Part shown: one piece after another, positions 12,804-23,260 of the stretch
How positions within the stretch are numbered: the first letter of the stretch is position 1
How the letters are laid out: every line of letters begins with the position of its first letter
Origin: Chromatiales bacterium
Lineage (GTDB): Bacteria > Pseudomonadota > Gammaproteobacteria > SZUA-152
Direction of reading: 5' to 3'
DNA: 62,290 nt
NCBI GenBank assembly: GCA_026982475.1
Contig: JALSHB010000130.1
Span: forward strand, 1 to 62,290
Notes under the pieces: generated by a model
Seen by the model: the letters and a program-made list of their open reading frames with translations, nothing else
Told to the model about the DNA's origin: nothing
Databases searched by the model: none
Translations under genes and position numbers: made by a program

Positions 12804-13328
12804 ATGAAAGACATTCTGCAAAAGGCCTCACAGGTCGAACTGGTGATCTTCGACGTCGACGGCGTGCTCACCGACGGCGGCCTGTTCTTCGGCGACGACG
12901 GCCAGGAATACAAGGCCTTCCACTCCCGTGACGGCCACGGCATGAAGATGCTGCGCGCCAGCGGCGTGGAAGTCGCCATCATCACCGGCCGCACCTCGCA
13001 GGTGGTCGGGCACCGCATGGCCAACCTCGGCATCGAACACGTCTATCAGGGCAAGCAGGAAAAGCTGCCGGCCTTCGAGGCGCTGATCACCAAACTGCAA
13101 CTGACGCCGGAACAGGTGGCCTACGTGGGCGACGACGTGGTGGATCTGCCCATCATGCTGCGCGTCGGCCTCGCCGTGGCCGTCGCCGACGCCCACCCGC
13201 TGGTGCTGAAACACGCCCACTGGCAGACGCCCCACGGCGGCGGCCGCGGCGCGGCGCGCGATGTCTGCGAGCTGATCATGGAGGCCCGCGGCACCCTGGA
13301 CGCACAGATGCGGCCGTTCCTGCAATAA
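12804..13328 (+). CDS. kdsC: KDO 8-phosphate phosphatase
   Basis: Motifs FDVDGVLTDG, ITGR, YVGDD and GGRGAARD. Confidence 0.96.
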   Translation: MKDILQKASQVELVIFDVDGVLTDGGLFFGDDGQEYKAFHSRDGHGMKMLRASGVEVAIITGRTSQVVGHRMANLGIEHVYQGKQEKLPAFEALITKLQLTPEQVAYVGDDVVDLPIMLRVGLAVAVADAHPLVLKHAHWQTPHGGGRGAARDVCELIMEARGTLDAQMRPFLQ

Positions 13329-13358
13329 CGCCCCGGCGACGGATGAAACCGGGCTGCC

Positions 13359-13937
13359 ATGTGGCGTAAACTCACCCTCCCGCTGGTGGTCGCGGCGCTG
13401 GCCTGGCTCAGCGCCGAGTGGCTGTGGACGCAGGAAGCCGAGACGCCCCCCCCGGCGCCGCTGGCCGGCGTGGAGACGCCCGACGCCTTCATGGAAGGGG
13501 TGGTGATGCGCGCCATGGACGACCAGGGGCAGCCGCGCTACGAGATGCGCGCGGCGCGCGCGGTGCATTTCGCCCGTGGCGACCGCACCGACTTCGACGC
13601 CCCCTTCCTCACCTTCTTCCGTCCCGACGGCGGACTGTGGACGCTGGCGGCGGAGCGCGGCGAGGCCAGCGGCGGCGACCGCGACATCCTGCTCAGCGGC
13701 GAAGTGCTGATGCGCCGCCCGCGCGACCCGGCCCGGCCAGCGGGGCCGGCGGAGGTGGAGGTCCTCACCCGCGAGCTGCGCATCCTCAGCGCGCGGGAAT
13801 ACGCCGAGACCGACCAGCCCACCACCATCGTGCACGCCTACGGCCGCGTCGATGCCGTGGGCATGAAGGTCTGGTTCAAACAGGAGCGCCTGCAACTGCT
13901 ATCCCGAGTGCATGGAATCTATGAAACGACACACTGA
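13359..13937 (+). CDS. lptC: LPS export protein LptC
   Basis: N-terminal TM helix, beta-jellyroll features, synteny kdsC-lptC-lptA. Confidence 0.88.
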   Translation: MWRKLTLPLVVAALAWLSAEWLWTQEAETPPPAPLAGVETPDAFMEGVVMRAMDDQGQPRYEMRAARAVHFARGDRTDFDAPFLTFFRPDGGLWTLAAERGEASGGDRDILLSGEVLMRRPRDPARPAGPAEVEVLTRELRILSAREYAETDQPTTIVHAYGRVDAVGMKVWFKQERLQLLSRVHGIYETTH

Positions 13938-14442
13938 CATCGGCGCCGCCCTGTGCCTGCTGCTCGGCGCCTTGCTGACCGCCGCCGTGACCGCCGCCGA
14001 GACACAGCGCCAACCCGTCACCATCGAGGCCGACAGCGCCGTGTTCGACGAGCGCCAGGGCCAGAGCATCTACAGCGGCCATGTGGTCATCACCCAGGGC
14101 GGGATGCAGATCCGCGCCGACGAGGTCACGGTCTACCTTGCGGACGAGAAGCTGAAGCGCATCGTCGCCCGCGGCGAGCCGGTGCGCTTCCGCCAACAGC
14201 GCGAGGGGGAAAAGGAGATCCTCGGCGAGGCGCGGCGGCTGGACTACCTCGCCGACGAGGAACGCCTGCTGCTGCAGGACCAGGCCTGGCTCACCCAGGG
14301 CGGCAACCGCTTCAGTGGCCAGCGCATCGAGTACGACATGCCGCGCGAACGCGTCACCGCGGCACAGGGCGAAGACGGCAGTCAGCGGGTCCGGGTGACC
14401 ATCCAGCCCAAGGCCGGATCACCCCGCGACGATCGCCCCTGA
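13921..14442 (+). CDS. lptA: LPS transport periplasmic protein LptA
   Basis: Signal peptide; motifs PVTIEAD, YSGHVVITQG and RVRVTIQP. Confidence 0.92.
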   Translation: MKRHTDIGAALCLLLGALLTAAVTAAETQRQPVTIEADSAVFDERQGQSIYSGHVVITQGGMQIRADEVTVYLADEKLKRIVARGEPVRFRQQREGEKEILGEARRLDYLADEERLLLQDQAWLTQGGNRFSGQRIEYDMPRERVTAAQGEDGSQRVRVTIQPKAGSPRDDRP

Positions 14443-14448
14443 ACCGCC

Positions 14449-15198
14449 ATGAATCATCCGTCGACAAGCCCGGCCAGCGGCCTGGTGGTGAAAGAACTGG
14501 CCAAGCGCTATGGCGCGCGGCAGGTGGTGAAATCGGTCTCGCTGAAGGTCGAGCGCGGCGAGGTGGTGGGCCTGCTGGGTCCCAACGGCGCCGGCAAGAC
14601 CACCAGCTTCTACATGATCGTGGGGCTGGTCAGGGCCGACCAGGGGCAGATCCTGCTCGACGGCCAGGACATCACCCCCTATCCCCTGCATGCCCGCGCC
14701 CGCCTCGGCGTCGGCTATCTGCCGCAGGAGGCCTCGGTGTTCCGCAAGCTGAGCGTGGCCGACAACCTGCTCGCCATCCTGCAGACCCGCCGCGACCTCG
14801 ACCCACAACAGCAGCAGGCCAGGCTGGAGGCGCTGCTGCAGGAGTTCAGCATCACCCACATCCGCGACTCGCTGGGCATGAGCCTCTCCGGCGGCGAGCG
14901 GCGGCGGGTGGAGATCGCCCGCGCCCTGGCCACCGAGCCCGCCTTCATCCTCCTCGACGAACCCTTCGCCGGCGTCGACCCCATCTCGGTGCTGGATATC
15001 CAGAAGATCATCCACCACCTCATCGAGCGCGGCATCGGCGTGCTGATCACCGACCACAATGTGCGCGAGACCCTGGGAATCTGCGCGCGCGCCTACATAA
15101 TGAGTGAAGGCGAGGTGATCGCACAGGGCGCGCCAGAGGCGATCCTCCAGCACCGCCAGGTGCGCGAGGTGTATCTGGGCGAAGACTTCCGGCTGTGA
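14449..15198 (+). CDS. lptB: LPS export ABC ATPase
   Basis: Motifs [33 protein letters not shown] and [10 protein letters not shown]. Confidence 0.97.
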   Translation: MNHPSTSPASGLVVKELAKRYGARQVVKSVSLKVERGEVVGLLGPNGAGKTTSFYMIVGLVRADQGQILLDGQDITPYPLHARARLGVGYLPQEASVFRKLSVADNLLAILQTRRDLDPQQQQARLEALLQEFSITHIRDSLGMSLSGGERRRVEIARALATEPAFILLDEPFAGVDPISVLDIQKIIHHLIERGIGVLITDHNVRETLGICARAYIMSEGEVIAQGAPEAILQHRQVREVYLGEDFRL

Positions 15199-15299
15199 AC
15201 CCGCGCCCTCAACAATTGCGCCGCACAGCCGTTTTTACTAGCAACACGCCACTATTGGGGTAGAATCAAAACAAACCCCGGGGAAAACCAACGCAGTCG

Positions 15300-16793
15300 A
15301 TGAAACAAACCCTCCAGCTCAAGCTTGGCCAGCAACTCACCATGACGCCGCAGTTGCAGCAGGCCATTCGCTTGTTGCAGCTTTCCACGCTGGAACTGCA
15401 GACCGAAATCCAGGAAGCCCTCGAATCCAACCCCATGCTGGAAGTGGTGGAAGAAGGCGAGGGCGAAACGGCCAGCGAGGGCACGTCCCCCGCGGCCGGC
15501 GAATCCGCCGTGGAAGACGGCGCCCGCGAGGACGGCGCGACGCCGCCGGAAGACGCCAGCGAGCGCGCCGCCGACAGCCCCAGCGAGGACATGCCCAACG
15601 ACCTCCCCGTGGACAGCGACTGGGAAGACACCTACGAGAGCTACACCCCCGTCACCCGCGGCGCGCAGGACGGCGACTTCAGCGACTTCGAACAGCCCGC
15701 CAGCCAGGGCGAGAGCCTGCAGGATCACCTGCAATGGCAGCTCAACCTCACCCCCTTCAACGACACCGACCGCCTCATCGCCACCAGCATCGTCGACGCC
15801 ATCGACGACGACGGCTATTTCACCAGCAGCTGCGAGGAGATCCACCAGTCGCTGCAGGACGAACTGGACATCGAGCTGGACGAAGTGGAGGCGGTGCTCA
15901 ACCGGGTACAGGATTTCGACCCCCCCGGCGTGGCGGCGCGCAGCCTGCAGGAGAGCATGCTGCTGCAATTGCGCTACTACGACGCCGACACCCCCTGGCT
16001 GGCGGAGGCGCGGCTGATGGTCGACGAGCACTTCAACCTGCTCGCCAAGCGTGACTTCCACACCCTGAAACGGCGCATGAAGCTGCCGGAAAGCGATCTG
16101 CAACAGGTCATTCAGCTGATCCAGACCCTCAACCCGCGCCCCGGCGGGCAGATCGCCTCCACGCCACCGGAATACATCATCCCCGACGTGTTCGTGAAGA
16201 AGGTCAAGGGCCAGTGGCGGGTGGAGCTGAATCCGGACATCGCGCCGAAGATCGCCATCAACAGCCTCTACGCCGGCATGGCCAGACAGAACGGCAGCAA
16301 GGACGCCGCCTTCCTGAAAAACAGCCTGCAGGAGGCGCGCTGGTTCCTGAAAAGCCTGCGTTCACGCAACGAGACCCTGCTCAAGGTGTCCAACTGTATC
16401 GTCGAACGCCAGCGCGGCTTTTTCGAGTATGGCGAAGAGGCCATGAAACCCATGGTGATGCACGATATCGCCGAGATCGTGGAGATGCACGAATCCACCA
16501 TCTCCCGCGTCACCACCAAGAAATACATGCACACCCCGCGGGGCATTTTTGAGCTGAAATACTTCTTCTCCAGTCATGTGGGCACGGCCAGCGGCGGCGA
16601 ATGCTCCGCCACCGCGATCCGCGCGCTCCTGAAGAAGCTCATCGCCGCGGAAAACCCGAGCAAGCCGCTCAGCGACAACAAGCTGGCCCAGCTGCTCGGC
16701 GAACAGGGCATCAACGTGGCCCGGCGTACGGTCGCCAAATACCGAGAGGCCATGTCCATTGCACCGTCCAACGAACGCAAGCGCCTTACCTGA
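15300..16793 (+). CDS. rpoN: RNA polymerase sigma-54 factor
   Basis: Motifs [21 protein letters not shown] and the RpoN box [10 protein letters not shown]. Confidence 0.98.
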   Translation: MKQTLQLKLGQQLTMTPQLQQAIRLLQLSTLELQTEIQEALESNPMLEVVEEGEGETASEGTSPAAGESAVEDGAREDGATPPEDASERAADSPSEDMPNDLPVDSDWEDTYESYTPVTRGAQDGDFSDFEQPASQGESLQDHLQWQLNLTPFNDTDRLIATSIVDAIDDDGYFTSSCEEIHQSLQDELDIELDEVEAVLNRVQDFDPPGVAARSLQESMLLQLRYYDADTPWLAEARLMVDEHFNLLAKRDFHTLKRRMKLPESDLQQVIQLIQTLNPRPGGQIASTPPEYIIPDVFVKKVKGQWRVELNPDIAPKIAINSLYAGMARQNGSKDAAFLKNSLQEARWFLKSLRSRNETLLKVSNCIVERQRGFFEYGEEAMKPMVMHDIAEIVEMHESTISRVTTKKYMHTPRGIFELKYFFSSHVGTASGGECSATAIRALLKKLIAAENPSKPLSDNKLAQLLGEQGINVARRTVAKYREAMSIAPSNERKRLT

Positions 16794-16866
16794 TGCGCCG
16801 AGTTGGATCAGCGGAAAATCCGGGACCCCGCCGGACATTCCAAACACGCAACCAAAGGAGTCCACT

Positions 16867-17199
16867 ATGCAAATCGACGTTACCGGTCAACATCTCGATG
16901 TTACCCCCGCACTCCGTGACTACATCACGGGCAAGCTGGAGCGTCTGGAGCGACATTTCGACAAGGTAACCAACGTGCACGCCGTACTCAGCGTTGAAAA
17001 ACAGCGCCAGAAGGCCGAGGCCACCATCAACGCCAACGGCGCCAGCCTGCATGCCAACGCCGAAGACGGGGACATGTATGCCGCCATCGATGCCCTGGTC
17101 GACAAGCTGGACCGGCAGATCAAGAAGCACAAGGAAAAGATCACCAACCATCACCGCAGCGCCGGCTCGCTGAAAAAGGCGCCGCTGGCGGAAGACTAG
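16867..17199 (+). CDS. hpf: Ribosome hibernation promoting factor
   Basis: MQIDVTGQHLDVTPALR...DMYAAID; directly downstream of rpoN. Confidence 0.95.
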   Translation: MQIDVTGQHLDVTPALRDYITGKLERLERHFDKVTNVHAVLSVEKQRQKAEATINANGASLHANAEDGDMYAAIDALVDKLDRQIKKHKEKITNHHRSAGSLKKAPLAED

Positions 17200-17274
17200 G
17201 CCGGCGCCGAACGGCCCTGCATGGCGGCCCGCCATGCAGGGCCCCCACCTCTACTTTCAAGCAATCTACAGACC

Positions 17275-17739
17275 ATGCAACTTGCAGACATATTGACCCC
17301 CGAGCGCGTTGTCGGCCATGTCCGGGCCGGCAGCAAGAAGCGCGCCCTGGAAACCCTCAGCGAGATCCTCGCCGAACACTCCAACCTCAACGTCCCGGCC
17401 ATCGACATCTTCGACAGCCTGCTGGCGCGGGAACGCCTGGGCACCACCGCCATCGACCATGGCGTCGCCATCCCCCATGGGCGGATAAAGGCCTCCAATG
17501 AGACCCTCGGCGCCTTCGTGCAGCTGGAAAAGGGCATCGACTGCGACGCCATGGACCGACAGGCGGTACAACTGCTGTTCGCCCTGCTGGTACCGGAACA
17601 GTCCACCGAGGAACACCTGCAGCTACTGGCGCGGCTGGCCAAGATGTTCAGCGACGCCGAACTGCGCGAACGGCTGCGCACGGCGCCGGACAGCCAGAGC
17701 CTGTACGACCTGCTGCTGGAGTGGGACCGGCAACATTGA
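17275..17739 (+). CDS. ptsN: PTS IIA-like nitrogen regulatory protein
   Basis: Motifs SKKRALE and RERLGTT..GVAIPHGR. Confidence 0.93.
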   Translation: MQLADILTPERVVGHVRAGSKKRALETLSEILAEHSNLNVPAIDIFDSLLARERLGTTAIDHGVAIPHGRIKASNETLGAFVQLEKGIDCDAMDRQAVQLLFALLVPEQSTEEHLQLLARLAKMFSDAELRERLRTAPDSQSLYDLLLEWDRQH

Positions 17740-18686
17740 ACACCCGCCTTCCCACGGTCGACGCCCTGGTTCAGTCGCGCGGGCAACATCTGCAACTGCA
17801 ATGGCTGGCCGGCCGTGAAGGCGTCGACCGCGCCCTGGGCAATTCCCCCCAGACGCCGGGCCGGGCGCTGGTGGGCTTCCTCAACCTGATCCACCCCAAC
17901 CGGCTGCAGATCATCAGCCAGCACGAGATCGATTACCTCGACGCCCTGGAGGCCCCGGCGCGCCAGGCGCTGATCCGCGAACTGCTGGCGGCAAAGCCGG
18001 CGGTGATCATCATCGCCGAGGGCCTGACGCCACCGGCGGACCTGCTGCGCGAGGCCGAGGCCACGCAGACGCCGCTGATGTCCTCCACGCTGGGCAGCAT
18101 CAAGCTGATCGGCTGCCTGCGCCACTATCTCGGCGACGAACTGGCGGAAAAGGCTGTCCTGCACGGCGTGTTCATGGAGGTCAACGGCCTTGGCGTGCTC
18201 ATCACCGGCGAGAGCGGCATCGGCAAGAGCGAGCTGGCACTGGAGCTGATCACGCGCAATCACCGCCTGATCGCCGACGATGCCCCCGAATTCTCCCGCG
18301 TTGGCCCGGAGGCCGTGCGCGGACGCTGCCCACAGGTGCTGCAGGACTTCCTCGAGGTACGCGGCCTCGGCCTGCTCGACGTGCGCGCCATGTACGGCGA
18401 CAGCGCCATCAAGCAGACCAAGGACCTGGGACTCATCGTGCGCCTGCAGCGCATGGCGGCCGAAGACCTGCCCAACCTCGACCGGGTGCACGGCAGCCAC
18501 CAGGAGCAGCGCATCCTCGATGTCGACATCCCCCAGGTGAGCATCCCGGTGGCCCCCGGCCGCAACCTGGCGGTGCTGGTGGAGGCGGCGGCGCGCAATC
18601 ACATTTTGCGCCGCAAGGGGTACAATGCACCGCAAGCGTTCATCGACCGTCAGCACGAACTGCTGCAGCAAAAAACACCAACATGA
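17736..18686 (+). CDS. hprK: HPr kinase/phosphorylase
   Basis: Motifs HGV, GESGIGKSELAL, LIADD, EVRGLG and PVAPGRNLA. TTG start assumed. Confidence 0.95.
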   Translation: MNTRLPTVDALVQSRGQHLQLQWLAGREGVDRALGNSPQTPGRALVGFLNLIHPNRLQIISQHEIDYLDALEAPARQALIRELLAAKPAVIIIAEGLTPPADLLREAEATQTPLMSSTLGSIKLIGCLRHYLGDELAEKAVLHGVFMEVNGLGVLITGESGIGKSELALELITRNHRLIADDAPEFSRVGPEAVRGRCPQVLQDFLEVRGLGLLDVRAMYGDSAIKQTKDLGLIVRLQRMAAEDLPNLDRVHGSHQEQRILDVDIPQVSIPVAPGRNLAVLVEAAARNHILRRKGYNAPQAFIDRQHELLQQKTPT

Positions 18687-19543
18687 AACTCATCGTCATC
18701 AGCGGCGCCTCCGGCTCGGGCAAGACCACCGCGCTGCACGTGTTGGAAGACCTGGACTACTACTGCATCGACAACCTGCCGGTGGGCCTGCTGCCGGCCT
18801 TCGCGGAGAAGATGCGCCTGCTGCCGGAAGGCTTCCGGGAGCGCGTCGCGGTGGGCATCGACGCGCGCAACCCGGCCTCCGATCTGCAAAGCTTTGCGCA
18901 GATCCTCGAACAGCTGAAGTCCACCGGCGTGGACTGCCAGATCCTCTACCTGGACGCCGACGACGCCATCCTGCTGAAGCGCTTCAGCGAAACCCGCCGC
19001 AAGCACCCGCTGAGCGACAAACAGCGTCCGCTGGCCGACGCCATCCAGGCCGAGCGCGTGCTGCTGGCGCCCATCGCCGACCGCGCCGACCTCTACATCG
19101 ACACCTCGCGCAGCAACATCCACCAGCTGCGCGACCTGATTCGTTCACGCCTCGGGGCCCAGCAGCAGTCCACCCTGTCGATCCTGTTCCTGTCCTTCGG
19201 CTTCAAGCATGGCGTGCCCATGGATGCCGACTATGTGTTCGACGCCCGCTGCCTGCCCAACCCGCACTGGGAGCCCAAACTGCGCGCCCAGACCGGGCGC
19301 GACGCCGAAGTCGCGGCGTTCCTCCAGGGGCAGGAGCGGGTCGAACGCTTCGTCACCCAGGTGGGCGAGTTCCTGCACAACTGGATCCCCTGCTTCGAGG
19401 CGGACAACCGCAACTACCTGACCATCGCCATCGGCTGCACCGGCGGCCAGCACCGCTCGGTGTATCTGGTGGAACGCCTGGGGCAGGAATTTCGTCAACA
19501 GTTTGAGAACGTACTGATCCGCCACCGGGAGCTGGCGGAATGA
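18683..19543 (+). CDS. rapZ: RNase adapter RapZ
   Basis: Motifs GASGSGKT, DNLP, SFGFKHG and GCTGGQHRSV. Confidence 0.96.
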   Translation: MKLIVISGASGSGKTTALHVLEDLDYYCIDNLPVGLLPAFAEKMRLLPEGFRERVAVGIDARNPASDLQSFAQILEQLKSTGVDCQILYLDADDAILLKRFSETRRKHPLSDKQRPLADAIQAERVLLAPIADRADLYIDTSRSNIHQLRDLIRSRLGAQQQSTLSILFLSFGFKHGVPMDADYVFDARCLPNPHWEPKLRAQTGRDAEVAAFLQGQERVERFVTQVGEFLHNWIPCFEADNRNYLTIAIGCTGGQHRSVYLVERLGQEFRQQFENVLIRHRELAE

Positions 19544-19562
19544 TGTCGGAGGTTCGCAGATC

Positions 19563-19964
19563 ATGACCATCGGCGTACTGCTGGTCAGCCACGGCGCCCT
19601 CGGCGAGGTGATGCTGGACATCGCGGTAAAGACCCTCAGCGTCTGCCCGCTAGCCACCCGCGCCCTCGGCGTGCCCTTCGATTCCGATCCCGAGGCCATG
19701 CAGCACACCGCCCTGAACATGCTGCGCGAGCTGGACAGTGGCGACGGCGTGCTGGTGCTCACCGACATGTTCGGCGCCACCCCCAGCAATGTCGCCTGCA
19801 CCCTGGCCCGGCAGGACAACGTGCTGGTGGTGGCCGGGCTCAACCTGCCCATGCTGCTCAAGGTCTTCAACTACCCGCAGCTGGCGCTGCGCGAGCTGGC
19901 GCAGCGCGCCGTGGAAGGCGGGCGCCAGGGGGTGATGCTGTCGTCGCCGGAGAAGTGCCCATGA
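19563..19964 (+). CDS. PTS mannose/fructose-type IIA component
   Basis: Motifs LVSHG, LTDMFGATPSN and GLNLPML. Confidence 0.9.
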   Translation: MTIGVLLVSHGALGEVMLDIAVKTLSVCPLATRALGVPFDSDPEAMQHTALNMLRELDSGDGVLVLTDMFGATPSNVACTLARQDNVLVVAGLNLPMLLKVFNYPQLALRELAQRAVEGGRQGVMLSSPEKCP

Positions 19965-20230
19965 GCCAGCGCCAGGTCACCATCGTCAACAAACTGGGCC
20001 TGCACGCCCGCGCCGCCGCCAAGCTGGTGGCCACCGCGGCTCGCTTCGAGAGCGAGATCAAGCTGCTCAAGGCCCACGCCGAGGTCAATGCCAAGAGCAT
20101 CCTCGGCGTGATGATGCTGGCGGCGGCCAAGGGCAGCGAACTGACCCTGGTGGCCGAGGGCAACGACGAAAGCGAAGCCCTCGATGCCCTCGAGGACCTC
20201 ATCGCGCGCCGTTTCGACGAAGACGAATAA
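19961..20230 (+). CDS. ptsH: HPr-family phosphocarrier
   Basis: Motifs GLHARAA and NAKSI. Confidence 0.9.
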   Translation: MSQRQVTIVNKLGLHARAAAKLVATAARFESEIKLLKAHAEVNAKSILGVMMLAAAKGSELTLVAEGNDESEALDALEDLIARRFDEDE

Positions 20231-20333
20231 CTCCCGCATCGTCCTCTCGCCTTTCCCTGGGCACGGGCGCGCGCCGTAAGAGCGCCCGCCGGCCCGCTCC
20301 CACCTTAAAAAAACCGTTGCGCGCTTCATCCAC

Positions 20334-20359
20334 CCTGAATCCACGGATTCAGGTAGAAT
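20334..20359 (+). promoter_or_regulatory. 9-bp-arm palindrome abutting a TAGAAT -10-like element upstream of mgtE
   Basis: CCTGAATCC-AC-GGATTCAGG followed directly by TAGAAT. Confidence 0.45.
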
Positions 20360-20387
20360 GCCCGCCATTCTCCGCCGAGCCAGAACC

Positions 20388-21746
20388 ATGCCCCAGGAAC
20401 AGGAACAAGACACCAGCCGCGAGCGCCTGCAGGCCATCAGCAAATTGCTGGAGGAAGGCACCCTGGCGCAGGTCGAACGGGAGCTGCGCAGCCTGCACCC
20501 GGCGGAAATCGCCCACCTGATGGAGTCGCTGCCGCGCGAGCAGCGCGAGATCGTCTGGGAGCTGGTGCCCGCCGAGCACGAGGGCGACGTGCTGGTGCAC
20601 GTCAACGACGACGTGCGCGCCGGCCTGATCCGCGACATGGACAACAGCGAGCTGCTGGCCGCCGCCGAGGGTCTGGACACCGACGAACTGGCGGACATCC
20701 TCAGCCACTACCCGGACGACGTCACCGAGCAGATCCTCGACGCCATGGACGAGCAGCACCGCCAGCGCCTCGAAGCGGTCATGTCCTACCCCGAGGACAG
20801 CGCCGGCGGCCTGATGAACACGGACACCATCACCGTGCGCGCCGACATCAGCCTCGACGTGGTGCTGCGCTACCTGCGCCGCATCGGCGAACTGCCGGAG
20901 ATGACCGATCAGCTCATCGTCACCGACCGCCACGGCCGCTACCTGGGCCTGCTGCCCATCAGCGCGCTGCTGGTCAACGACCCGGAGACCCGCGTCGCCG
21001 AGGTGATGGACCGCAGCCGGGACGGCATCCCCGCCGACATGCCGGCGCGCGACGTCGCCACCCTGTTCGAAAAACGCGACCTGGTGTCGGCGCCGGTGGT
21101 GGACGAAAACGGCATGCTGCTCGGCCGCATCACCATCGACGACGTGGTGGACGTGATCCGCGACGAGGCCGAGCACTCCTTGATGAGCATGGCCGGTCTC
21201 TCCGAAGAGGACGACATGTTCGCCCCGGTGGTGACCAGTTCGCGCCGGCGCACCGTATGGCTGGGCATCAACCTGCTCACCGCGCTGCTGGCCTCGTGGG
21301 TGATCGGCCTGTTTGGCGCCACCATCGAAAAGCAGGTGGCGCTGGCGGTGCTGATGCCCATCGTCGCCAGCATGGGCGGTATCGCCGGCAACCAGACCCT
21401 GACCCTGATGATCCGCGGCATCGCCCTCGGCCAGGTGAGCAAGGGCAACGCCCGCCGCCTGCTCAACAAGGAGATGCTGGTGGGCATGCTCAACGGCCTG
21501 ATCTGGGCGCTGATCATCTCCGCCATCGTCATCCTGTGGTTCGACGACCTGCTGCTCGGCGCCATCATCGCCGCCGCCATGATGGTCAACCTGGTGGTCG
21601 CCGCCCTCGCCGGCGCCACCATCCCGCTGCTGCTGAAGCGTTTCGGCATCGATCCGGCACTGGCCGGCGGCGTGGTGCTCACCACCGTCACCGACGTGGT
21701 GGGATTCCTCTCCTTCCTCGGCCTGGCCGCGATGGTGCTCCACTGA
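20388..21746 (+). CDS. mgtE: Magnesium transporter MgtE
   Basis: Motifs [27 protein letters not shown] and TTVTD; CBS domains. Confidence 0.96.
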   Translation: MPQEQEQDTSRERLQAISKLLEEGTLAQVERELRSLHPAEIAHLMESLPREQREIVWELVPAEHEGDVLVHVNDDVRAGLIRDMDNSELLAAAEGLDTDELADILSHYPDDVTEQILDAMDEQHRQRLEAVMSYPEDSAGGLMNTDTITVRADISLDVVLRYLRRIGELPEMTDQLIVTDRHGRYLGLLPISALLVNDPETRVAEVMDRSRDGIPADMPARDVATLFEKRDLVSAPVVDENGMLLGRITIDDVVDVIRDEAEHSLMSMAGLSEEDDMFAPVVTSSRRRTVWLGINLLTALLASWVIGLFGATIEKQVALAVLMPIVASMGGIAGNQTLTLMIRGIALGQVSKGNARRLLNKEMLVGMLNGLIWALIISAIVILWFDDLLLGAIIAAAMMVNLVVAALAGATIPLLLKRFGIDPALAGGVVLTTVTDVVGFLSFLGLAAMVLH

Positions 21747-21748
21747 AC

Positions 21749-22183
21749 ATGCCGCGGCCCATCACCCCCCTGGTCGCCGTGGACATCATCATCGAGATGC
21801 GCGACCGCCCCGGCCGCCCCATCCTGCTCATCGAGCGCCGGAATCCGCCCCATGGCTGGGCGCTGCCGGGCGGCTTCGTCGACGTCGGCGAACGCCTGGA
21901 ACAGGCGGCGCGGCGCGAGGCGCGCGAGGAAGTCAGCCTCGAGGTGCGGCTCAAGGTACTGCTGGGCTGCTACTCGGACCCGGACCGCGATCCGCGCGGC
22001 CACACCATCAGCCCGGTCTACGTGGCCGAGGCCAGCGGCGAACCGCGGGCCGCCGACGATGCCGCCAACGTGCAATGCTTCCTGCCGGACCAGCTACCCG
22101 ATGCATTGGCCTTCGACCACGCCCTGATCCTCGCCGACTACCGCCGCTACCGCGAGACCGGCCAACTCGCCCCCCTGCGCTGA
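21749..22183 (+). CDS. NUDIX hydrolase (ADP-ribose pyrophosphatase-like)
   Basis: Nudix box [21 protein letters not shown]; RDPRGH and LAFDH. Confidence 0.92.
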   Translation: MPRPITPLVAVDIIIEMRDRPGRPILLIERRNPPHGWALPGGFVDVGERLEQAARREAREEVSLEVRLKVLLGCYSDPDRDPRGHTISPVYVAEASGEPRAADDAANVQCFLPDQLPDALAFDHALILADYRRYRETGQLAPLR

Positions 22184-22207
22184 GCCGCCCCACTGAAAAG
22201 GAGTAAC

Positions 22208-22574
22208 TGCAGGAGCGGACCATGCCCGCGATGTGATCCACCCACACACCATCCATGCACCTGTAGGAGCACCTTCAGGCGCGAAAAGCCGGATGCGAAA
22301 AACGTTCGCGTCTGAAGCCGCTACAGGCGAAAACCCTGACAAGACCTTGCTCCCGGGAAACATTCACCGCGGGCATGGACTAGCACACCACCGAGACACA
22401 GATTCGGCAATTGTAGGAGCGCCTTTAGGCGCGAAAAAACGTTCGCGCCTAAAGGCGCTCCTACAGGCGAGTACTTTGACAAGGCCTTGTCGAAGAATGC
22501 CCGGGAATTCCTCGGGATCGATACCCCAAAACAGCCGTCGGTTGCAGCCTGTCACACCGCAAAGCGGTGTGACA
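22208..22574. repeat. Cluster of REP elements and hairpins
   Basis: REPs at about 22208, 22262-22325 and 22412-22465 (perfect pair); 11-bp hairpin tgtcacaccgc/gcggtgtgaca at 22550-22574. Confidence 0.78.
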
Positions 22575-22604
22575 AGAAACTGAATCCGCAGGTTCGTGTG
22601 CAAT

Positions 22605-22633
22605 AAAAAAGGGCCTCGCAAGAGGCCCTTTTT
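22605..22633. terminator. Intrinsic terminator (slyD; bidirectional)
   Basis: aaaaaa-gggcctc-gcaa-gaggccc-ttttt. Confidence 0.85.
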
Positions 22634-22654
22634 ACTGGCGGATGAAGCCATCGC

Positions 22655-23140
22655 TCAGTGGTGATGATGGCCTTCCGGGCCGTGCGCGTGGCCGTGCTCC
22701 AGTTCTTCGGCGGTGGCGTCACGAACATCGATGACCTTGACCTCGAAGTTCAGCTGCACGCCGGCCAGCGGGTGATTGCTGTCCACGGTGACGGTATCGT
22801 CGCTGACCGCGGTGACGGTGACCACGGTCATCTCGCCCTCGGGGCTCTGGGCGTGGAACTGCATGCCGGGCTCGATCTCGCTGTCGGCCGGGAAGCGGTC
22901 GCGGGGCACGCTGGCGACACGGGAGTCGTCGCGCTCGCCATAGCCTTCCTCGGGCGACACGGTGACGCTGAGTTCATCGCCGCTGGACTTGCCGGTGAGG
23001 GCGTTTTCCAGGCCGGGGATGATGTTCTGCGCGCCGTGCAGGTACAGGAAGCTGCCGTCGTCGGACTGGTCGATGATGGTGCCTTCGTTATCGGTCAGCT
23101 TGTAGTGCAGGGTGACGACCTTGTTTTCTGCAATAGTCAT
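22655..23140 (-). CDS. slyD: FKBP-type peptidyl-prolyl isomerase SlyD
   Basis: Motifs YLHG..NIIPGLE and DSNHPLAG; His-rich tail. Confidence 0.95.
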   Translation of the reverse strand: MTIAENKVVTLHYKLTDNEGTIIDQSDDGSFLYLHGAQNIIPGLENALTGKSSGDELSVTVSPEEGYGERDDSRVASVPRDRFPADSEIEPGMQFHAQSPEGEMTVVTVTAVSDDTVTVDSNHPLAGVQLNFEVKVIDVRDATAEELEHGHAHGPEGHHHH

Positions 23141-23260
23141 GGGATTCCTCTATTTGCTTGTGGATGGTGAATGGCTCGGCGAAAAAGTACAGCCGGCGCC
23201 ATTGCGCGTCAGCCCTATTTGATAGCCGGGTGGAGTTGGTACTGCCCATTATATCCGCGT

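Noticed and set aside
22208-22574. CRISPR array
   Set aside because: The repeats are inverted and irregularly spaced REPs, with no spacer periodicity and no cas genes.
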